Origin: Macrostomum lignano
Taxonomy: Eukaryota
Assembly: GCA_002269645.1 (NCBI GenBank)
Contig: NIVC01003097.1
Location: 1 to 64,000 of the forward strand
Direction: 5' to 3'
Length of the DNA: 64,000 bases
The translations under genes were made by a program, and so were the position numbers. Below are positions 54,710 through 64,000 of the stretch, in pieces. The notes beneath the pieces were generated by a model, which saw nothing but the letters and a program-made list of their open reading frames with translations, was not told the origin of the DNA and made no database searches. Positions within the stretch are counted from its first letter, which is position 1; every line of letters starts with the position of its first letter.

Positions 54710-55278
54710 GATGAGATTCGCAGGGTGAGATTCACAGGATGGGATTCACAAGGTGAGATTCAAAAAAGTGAGATTCAAAGATTGAAGTTCACAGGGTGAG
54801 ATTCACAGGGTGAAATTCATAGGGATAGATTCATAGGGTGAGATTCATAGGGTGAGATTCACAGGGTGCGATTCTAAGGGTGAAATTTACAGAATGATAT
54901 TCACAGGGATAGATTCACAGGGGTAGATTCACAGGGTGAAATTCACAGGGTGAGATTCACAGGGATAGATTCACAGGGTGAAATTCACAGGGTGAGATTC
55001 ACAGGGATAGATTCACAGGGTGCAATTCACAGAGTGAGATTCACAGGGATAGATTCACAGGGTGAAATTCACAGAGTGAGATTCACAGGGATAGATTCAC
55101 AGGGTGAAATTCACAGAGTGAGATTCACAGGGATAGATTCACAGGGTGAAATTTACAGGGTGAGATTCACAGGGATAGATTCACAGGGTGAGATTCACAG
55201 GGTGAGATTCACAGGGTGAGATTCACAGGGTGAGATTCAAGGGTGAGATTCACAGGGTGCGATTCACAGGGTGAGATT
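54710..55278. repeat. 14-bp minisatellite (AGGGTGAGATTCAC)n with a 42-bp higher-order period
   Basis: GTGA/ATAG/GTGAA variants recur every three units. Confidence 0.92.
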
Positions 55279-55888
55279 TCCAAGGCAAGCTACTAAGTAG
55301 ATTAGCAGACTCCTCACGCCTTCAACAAAACACTGGAGCACATTAGTTATTAGTGTTTCGAGCTCGAGCTAATCTCCTCAGCTGGACGGGCGTGAGAATA
55401 TTTTTCTCTACAGAGCAAATGTTCTTGCAGCTGACCGCTTCCTGCAGCTACTAGGCGGATAGGCACCTATTGGTTTCCATTCTGCTGCCCGCTGCGGTAA
55501 TTAACCATTAGCCAAAGAGACGCTGCGGCGGCACCGACGAAGCGGAAGAAGGTACCGCAGGCCCAGCTGAGAACAGCTCACAATTAAGCCCACTTTGGTT
55601 TTTACAGCTGTGCTCGACCCAAAGGGAAGTTCTCCCTTTCCTTACTCTGCTTCCTCTCTTTTCCCCTTTGCTCTGAAGCTTCATTCACCCAGCTTGCAAG
55701 GGAGCAGGCTGGGCCCGCCAATGCCGAATAGCAGCCAATGAATGCACTATTTGCCCCCCCCCCTGCCCGTCTGCATCCACAAAGATAAACGCTTGCCCGC
55801 TTGGCTGAACCAACTCACTGACAGTCCCAGCCACCTGTGGGGGATACGCATTCAGATAAAATACTGAAATACGGCCCAGCCGGCAGCA

Positions 55889-56175
55889 ATGCCTCTAACA
55901 AACAATACTAGCTCAGTAGTCATTGCTGAAAGCAGCAACTGGAAGCATTACGCCTTAGCCGGCTGGTGCAGTGCAGTGTTCTTAGCCAGCTTCATCTCGA
56001 ACGGGCTAGCCGCCTACAACATCCTGGCCTCGCCATCGTTGCGCAATCCGTCAATGCACGTGCTGTGCTCCGGCTTCGTTGGCAACTGTCTGTGCGTGCT
56101 GTCGGCCGCCTCGCTTAACTTGGCGTCGGCTTGGCTGGCCGGAGAGTGGGCCTTCCACATGGCCTGGTGCTACTG
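55889..56175 (+). CDS. Divergent opsin-like GPCR, exon 1 (N-terminus, TM1, TM2, ECL1)
   Basis: ATG with NNT sequon. SNGL...SLRNPS resembles opsin GN...LRTP; LASAWLAGEWAFHMAWC resembles ASxxxGxWxFGxxGC. Donor TG|gtgaga, phase 2. Confidence 0.75.
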
Positions 56176-57017
56176 GTGAGACTGGGCTGCTCAGGGGGAG
56201 GAGCGGATCTGGTAGCATTAACATTAGCGGTCAACCTCTACTTAACTGTCTTGCAGCAGCGCTGTTGATATCCACTGGATTAGTTGAAAAAAATCTGCAT
56301 TAAAGATGTCGGAATCCAACGCAATTGTGAGACCCCCTGCTGAAAAAATGACATAAAGTCAAAATCTGCAACTCTGAACTAAAAGCACTCGGTTTTGCTT
56401 CATAATCATATATGGAACATTTCAAGCAGCCTGTCACGCAGTTTGAGTCGGTTTGGCTTCTGGAATATTAGGGGGGGGGGGGGGGAGGGGGCAGGCAGAA
56501 AAAGCGGGAATCAATTTCGGCTCTAGTGGAATATACTTCAATAAAAACTGCCGTCTCCTCAGCGATCTCCGGGGAGCCGAAGGGAGCCGGTTAGGCTAGC
56601 TAGAGAGAGAGATATTTGCGGAGGCTGCAAGCCCTACACCAGCCATATTGGTTAGCGGGCTTGTGGTTGAGTGCGTCTAGAAAGCTTCTTCAAGCCAGCG
56701 TAGTTGCCGCAAAGTCCAACTAACATTTGGCAAAGCATAATTTATTTGATTGAAGACGTCGGTCGAGTCTGGACTTGAGTAGACAGCGAGCCAATGATAG
56801 AGCACTCGACGAATTAGTCAACTTCAATCAACTGTCAAACATTTTCAGTTTTGCAACAAGTTAAGCGTATTGTGTAGCGTTAGAGGAAGCTAAATTCAGT
56901 TGATGCTACGAGCTGGTTTACTGACAGACGGCAAAATTTATTCGCTAAAGCATTTGATCAAGTGTAGCGATAGACATCGGACCCGATAAACATCAAAACA
57001 GTCTGCCGGCTTGGGTA

Positions 57018-57019
<2 letters not shown>

Positions 57020-57094
<75 letters not shown>

Positions 57095-57760
57095 TACACA
57101 CAACAAGATCAAAATAGGAAATAAAGAACAAACGTACAGAATCAAAGAGAGTCAGAGAGAATCAGAGAGAGTCAGAGAGAATCGGAGAGAGTCAGAGAGA
57201 ATCGGAGAGAGTCAGAGAGAATCGGAGAGAGTCAGAGAGAATCGGAGAGAGTCAGAGAGAATCGGAGAGAGTCAGAGAGAATCGGAGAGAGTCAGAGAGA
57301 ATCGGAGAGAGTCAGAGAGAATCGGAGAGAGTCAGAGAGAATCGGAGAGAGTCAGAGAGAATCGGAGAGAGTCAGAGAGAATCGGAGAGAGTCAGAGAGA
57401 ATCGGAGAGAGTCAGAGAGAATCGGAGAGAGTCAGAGAGAATCGGAGAGAGTCAGAGAGAATCGGAGAGAGTCAGAGAGAATCGGAGAGAGTCAGAGAGA
57501 ATCGGAGAGAGTCAGAGAGAATCGGAGAGAGTCAGAGAGAATCGGAGAGAGTCAGAGAGAATCGGAGAGAGTCAGAGAGAATCGGAGAGAGTCAGAGAGA
57601 ATCGGAGAGAGTCAGAGAGAATCGGAGAGAGTCAGAGAGAATCGGAGAGAGTCAGAGAGAATCGGAGAGAGTCAGAGAGAATCGGAGAGAGTCAGAGAGA
57701 ATCGGAGAGAGTCAGAGAGAATCGGAGAGAGTCAGAGAGAATCGGAGAGAGTCAGAGAAT
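57020..57760 (-). mobile_element. Second copy of the (CT)n-(CA)n-spacer-20-bp minisatellite cassette
   Basis: Identical spacer CACACAACAAGATCAAAATAGGAAATAAAGAACAAACGTACAG and the same 20-bp unit as 59186-61072. No flanking duplication seen. Confidence 0.65.
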
Positions 57761-57818
57761 CCAAAGAACGAAAGACGAAAACTTTGTCAAACTTTTGCCG
57801 CCCGAAAAATCCAAAAAG

Positions 57819-58155
57819 GTACGTGTTCAGCACCAGCTCCCTGGGCCTGTTCAACATCAACTTACTGACCGGCCTGTCAGCCCTGCGCTGCCGCATGGTG
57901 ACCCGCAACAAGCCGTTTGGCAGAGCGCAAGTCCTGGTCCTCGTCTGTCTCTCCGCCGTGGTTGCCGCAGCCTGGAGCCTTCCGCCGATGTTCGACGTCG
58001 CCGGAGTCCGCCGAGTCGGTCACGTGGCCGCCTGCGATCTGGACTGGGAGGGCAACCGGACCCGCGACAAAGTCTACCTGGGCGGCCTACTGACTGCCGA
58101 GTTTTTGCTGCCCCTGGCTGTCATTGTCGGCTCCTATGTGGCCATCTTTGCGCAC
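57819..58155 (+). CDS. Divergent opsin-like GPCR, exon 2 (TM3-TM5)
   Basis: Acceptor aaaaag|G (phase 2) gives exact C3.25-to-R3.50 spacing. WSLPPMF...AACDLDW...YLGGLLTAEFLLPLAVIVGSY resembles opsin TM4/ECL2/TM5. Donor CAC|gtgagc, phase 0. Confidence 0.8.
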
Positions 58156-58184
58156 GTGAGCTGCCGGTGTAGCGTGTCCGCTGA

Positions 58185-58580
58185 GGCAGAGGGGTGGGTC
58201 TTGAGGCAGAGGGGTGGGGTGCTGAGGCAGAGGGGTGGGGTGCTGAGGCAGAGGGGTGGGTGCTGAGGCAGAAGGGTGGGTGTTGAGGCAGAAGGGTGGG
58301 TGTTGAGGCAGAAGGGTGGGTGTTGAGGCAGAAGGGTGGGTGTTGAGGCAGAAGGGTGGGTGTTGAGGCAGAAGGGTGGGTGTTGAGGCAGAAGGGTGGG
58401 TGTTGAGGCAGAAGGGTGGGTGTTGAGGCAGAGGGGTGGGTGTTGAGGCAGAAGGGTGGGTGCTGAGGCAGAGGGGTGGGTGCTGAGGTAGAGGGGTGGG
58501 TGTTGAGGTAGAGGGTGGGTGCTGAGGTAGAGGGTGGGTGCTGAGGCAGAAGGGTGGGTGCTGAGACCGAGGGGTGGGGT
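58185..58580. repeat. 20/21-bp G-rich minisatellite (GAGGCAGAAGGGTGGGTGTT)n
   Basis: Starts about 30 nt after the opsin-like exon 2 donor. Confidence 0.92.
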
Positions 58581-58647
58581 GTGTCTGAGAACACTGAATA
58601 GCAGAAATCGCAAGCAAAAACGGCTCTTGGGAATACCAATTTTTCGC

Positions 58648-59184
58648 CCGTCGAAATACCAAGGGGGATTTCGCCTCCCTGTCAATTTTTTTGCTGCGCC
58701 AGAACGGAGCAACGCAGGCACACGAAATTCAAGAACAAGAGCTAACTTTTTATAGGCTTTTTGGGCTTTCGGGCTTTTTGATCAGCGAAACTAAAGAAAT
58801 TCGCATCAGGGTGTTGATAGTCACCTATTGCCACGTGTTGAAGGTCCAGATACTCCGCCTGGGTGAAGGCCAGTGACCACCGAAGCCAGAGCTGATGCAG
58901 ACAGATGCGGTCGATGTGCTGATGAAATTTGGAGGCTTGTCAAGGCTGCACTGAGGCGCAGTGCTAATTGGCGCACAGGGGTGTACTGAATACACTGGCG
59001 CTTATGGGAAAAATCCGACCTTCTGGCAGAATCGTCGAATATCTCGACGGTCTGGAGGGCTGGCAACTTGATTCTTATTTGAGAAGGTGCGCAATAAAAA
59101 GTTAGCCCGTGTACTTGAAATTCGCGTTGCTCAGTTCCGGCGCAGCAAAAAAATTGTCTGGTCCCCCCCTTGGTAGTTCTACTG
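58648..59184. mobile_element. MITE-like non-autonomous DNA element with ~105-bp imperfect terminal inverted repeats
   Basis: Left end CCGTCGAAATACCAAGGGGG...CAATTTTTTTGCTGCGCCAGAACGGAGCAACGC...GCTAACTTTTTA. Right end reverse complement CAGTAGAACTACCAAGGGGG...CAATTTTTTTGCTGCGCCGGAACTGAGCAACGC...GCTAACTTTTTA. No clear TSD. Confidence 0.7.
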
Positions 59185-59185
59185 T

Positions 59186-61072
<1,887 letters not shown>

Positions 61073-62299
61073 TGGTAGTTCTACTGTTAATCCGCATATA
61101 GGCCGGCAGCCAGCTTGTTGTCAGGGCTGGCCTTTTTTAAAATGCAATTTCAGACAATAAAAAGCAAGCCGGATTAGGCAAGGCTAGAAAGAGAGACAGG
61201 ATCGGTTTAAATTAAGCGCTGAAGTGAGGCCCGGAATTTCCCTTTCATCCTCATTCAGCTGTAGACAGACAGGCTGGATGCAGTGCGAGTGGGACAAGCA
61301 ACGATTAGAAATCATTGCCTTTTGGTCCAGATTTTTCAATAAAAAATTGTCTGGGCCGCAGCAAATACTGAATAAAATCTGCAACTGGCAGCTGGGAATG
61401 GGAAGAGAATTTCATTTTCAGGAGTCATGTATTATTAGCTGCAAGTCATGCGCAAAGTTTGCTTAAAAAACTGTGAGGACCCTGATAAAAACACTGCTCT
61501 CAGTTTCTACTCCTCGCTACGGTTGCACCTGCAGAAGCCCTCATATAAGTCCTTCCAACCTTACTCATCTATCCTCGTATTTGTATTGGGATGAGTTCTA
61601 TTTTCTATCACATCGTGCATGGAATACTAAACCTAGGACTTACATCCGGATTGGAAACTGTTTGTTGATTTATTCAAATTTTCTGGCCACCTCCTTCTGA
61701 TTTTTTGAGTGAAAGAAAGTCAATTAATCCTTACTGGGTGCAAAAAGATAAACTTTACTGCAGTTTCCAGTCCAGATTCTATGCGTAGAATAAGTGCATG
61801 GATTGCGCTGCAGTTTCCAGTCCAGATACTACACGCAGCATAGACGAATAGTCCATGGTTTTGTAGACGATGAACAGTTTCCAAATCCAAAGCCTGTTAA
61901 TTTGTCGCAAGCCTGGCAAACAGATCAAGGTCTCCAATCATATGGGCTTCCGTGTGTGAAATTGATCTTGTTTTCCCACTGTTTTCTGTCCATCTTTTGC
62001 CTAATTAGCTATGAGCATGAGCAGTCCTTCAGTCATTAGTTTCGAGCAGATGGGGCTCATAGAGTTGGCAAACCGGACTGAAGCCTCAGCCATCATCATT
62101 AGTTATTCTTAATGAACTTTAGGAGAGAATTTATAATACAAGCTAGGAAAAATAACTGAGAATCAGGAATAATGACTCAAAATGGTAAATGATCATTGAG
62201 AATCACAGATACTCACTGTGAATTATTGGTCATCTATGGGAATAATATACTAACATTATTGATCATCAAGAGTGATTGAAAACCTTGGGTGATGATTAA

Positions 62300-63170
62300 T
62301 CCAAGATCATTAGGAGTCACTGAGAATCATTGAGGATCATTAGAGGAGTCACTGGGAATCATTGAGGATCATTAGAGGAGTCACTGAGAATCATTGAGGA
62401 TCATTAGATGAGTCACTGAGAATCATTGAGGATCATTAGAGGAGTCACTGAGAATCATTGAGGATCATTAGAGGAGTCACTGAGAATCATTGAGGATCAT
62501 TAGAGGAGTCACTGAGAATCATTGAGGATCATTAGAGGAGTCACTGAGAATCATTGAGGATCATTAGAGGAGTCACTGGGAATCATTGAGGATCATTAGA
62601 GGAGTCACTGAGAATCATTGAGGATCATTAGAGGAGTCACTGAGAATCATTGAGGATCATTAGAGGAGTCACTGAGAATCATTGAGGATCATTAGAGGAG
62701 TCACTAGAATCATTGAGGATCATTAGAGGAGTCACTGAGAATCATTGAGGATCATTAGAGGAGTCACTGGGAATCATTGAGGATCATTAGAGGAGTCTCT
62801 GAGAATCATTGAGAATCATTAGAGGAGTCAGTGAGAATCATTGAGGATCATTAGAGGAGTCACTAAGAATCATTGCGGATCATTAGAGGAGTCACTGGGA
62901 ATCATTGAGGATCATTAGAGGAGTCTCTGAGAATCATTGAGAATCATTAGAGGAGTCTCTGAGAATCATTGAGAATCATTAGAGGAGTCAGTGAGAATCA
63001 TTGAGGATCATTACCGGTAGGAGTCACTGAGAATCATTGCGGATCATTAGGAATCACTGAGAATCATTGAAGATCATTAACCGTAGGAGTCACTGAGAAT
63101 CATTGAGGATCATTAGGAGTCACTGAGAATCATTGAGGATCATTGAGGATCATTACCCGTAGGAATCACT
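62300..63170. repeat. 32-bp minisatellite (GAGTCACTGAGAATCATTGAGGATCATTAGAG)n
   Basis: Direct inspection. Confidence 0.95.
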
Positions 63171-63218
63171 GAGAGTGAGGATCACAGAATCAAACCGTCG
63201 CCGCTCCCTCCCCCGCAG

Positions 63219-63312
63219 ATCCGCAGACACCGCAGCTCAATCGTGTCAACCTCCAGCGGCAATCAGGCCAGGCGTGATCGCCAGTTCGTCATTCACGTGC
63301 TGGCCATCATCG
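63219..63312 (+). CDS. Divergent opsin-like GPCR, exon 3 (ICL3 and start of TM6); gene continues past the window
   Basis: Strong acceptor ctccctcccccgcag|ATC (phase 0) and donor ATCG|gtgagc. Encodes IRRHRSSIVSTSSGNQARRDRQFVIHVLAII. Confidence 0.7.
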
Positions 63313-63699
63313 GTGAGCTGGTTTTGTAAATTGGTCGCCTCTCACGGGATCAGAGACAAAGTATTTGGGACAGCAATTATTTCCTTATAAACGCTTACAA
63401 ACATCGGAAGTGGGAGATTCTCATTAGAGCTTGTGTGGGGGCTGAGTCGAGCAGATCTCCTAATCTGAATCGAGACATCCGAGTCACGAATCGGATTGGC
63501 AAACTGAAGGTGTGCCGTCCACATCGAGAGTCGCTTAATGAGCACCGACTTTAAAAGATAATTGCAGCTTGTTTTTTCAGTTGAAAAAACTCGTGAATCA
63601 CTTTAACATGAGCCTGTAAGCCCTTGCTTCATCAAAATGGCCCGAGCTCCCGTTTCTATGCAGAAGCTGGCTTGAGGCGTCCATTCTCGGGCCCTAAGA

Positions 63700-63950
63700 A
63701 CCCATGCTCCATCTTTCTGTACAGCCTTAGGACCTAGACCATAGAAACCCAGCTCCGTCTCTCTGTACAGCCTTAGGACCTAGACCATAGAACTCCAGCT
63801 CCGTCTCTCTGTACACACCAGGACTTAGACCATAGAACCCCACCTCTGTCTCTGTACATACCAGGACTTAGACCATAGAACCCCACCTCTGTCTCTCTGT
63901 ACATACCAGGACTTAGACCATAGAACTCCACCTCTGTCTCTCTGTACCAC
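63700..63950. repeat. ~45-bp imperfect tandem repeat (..GGACTTAGACCATAGAACCCCACCTCTGTCTCTGTACA..)
   Basis: About 5 copies. Confidence 0.85.
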
Positions 63951-64000
63951 CCACTCTGCGACCGGCACTCCGCCTCCATCCCGCAATCGATCTGCCTGTA

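Overview
Eukaryotic (animal) genomic DNA with GC-rich exons, GT-AG introns and very dense simple and tandem repeats. The style resembles the flatworm Macrostomum lignano, but this is inference only. Genes reconstructed by matching splice phases: (1) the 3' part of a Fat4/Drosophila-Fat-type giant cadherin (+, 6 exons, 2714-25857, about 3118 aa inside the window) with a +1 frameshift at ~23617; (2) a 1081-codon orphan ORF (+, 28302-31547) and a possible orphan exon (34268-34973); (3) a two-exon muscarinic-like class A GPCR (-, 44424-38113, 514 aa); (4) a three-exon NmrA-like protein (+, 47334-53319, 295 aa); (5) the first three exons of a highly divergent opsin-like GPCR (+, 55889-63312, continuing beyond the window). 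Mobile DNA: a 5'-truncated RNase-H-bearing LINE inside a satellite, a MITE-like element with ~105-bp TIRs, a two-copy microsatellite+minisatellite cassette (one copy flanked by a 15-bp direct repeat), and a three-copy dispersed repeat. There are more than 20 tandem arrays and no CRISPR, rRNA or intact tRNA. Strongest leads: the opsin-like gene lacking both canonical counterions, the apparently mobile satellite cassette, and the Fat4 frameshift.
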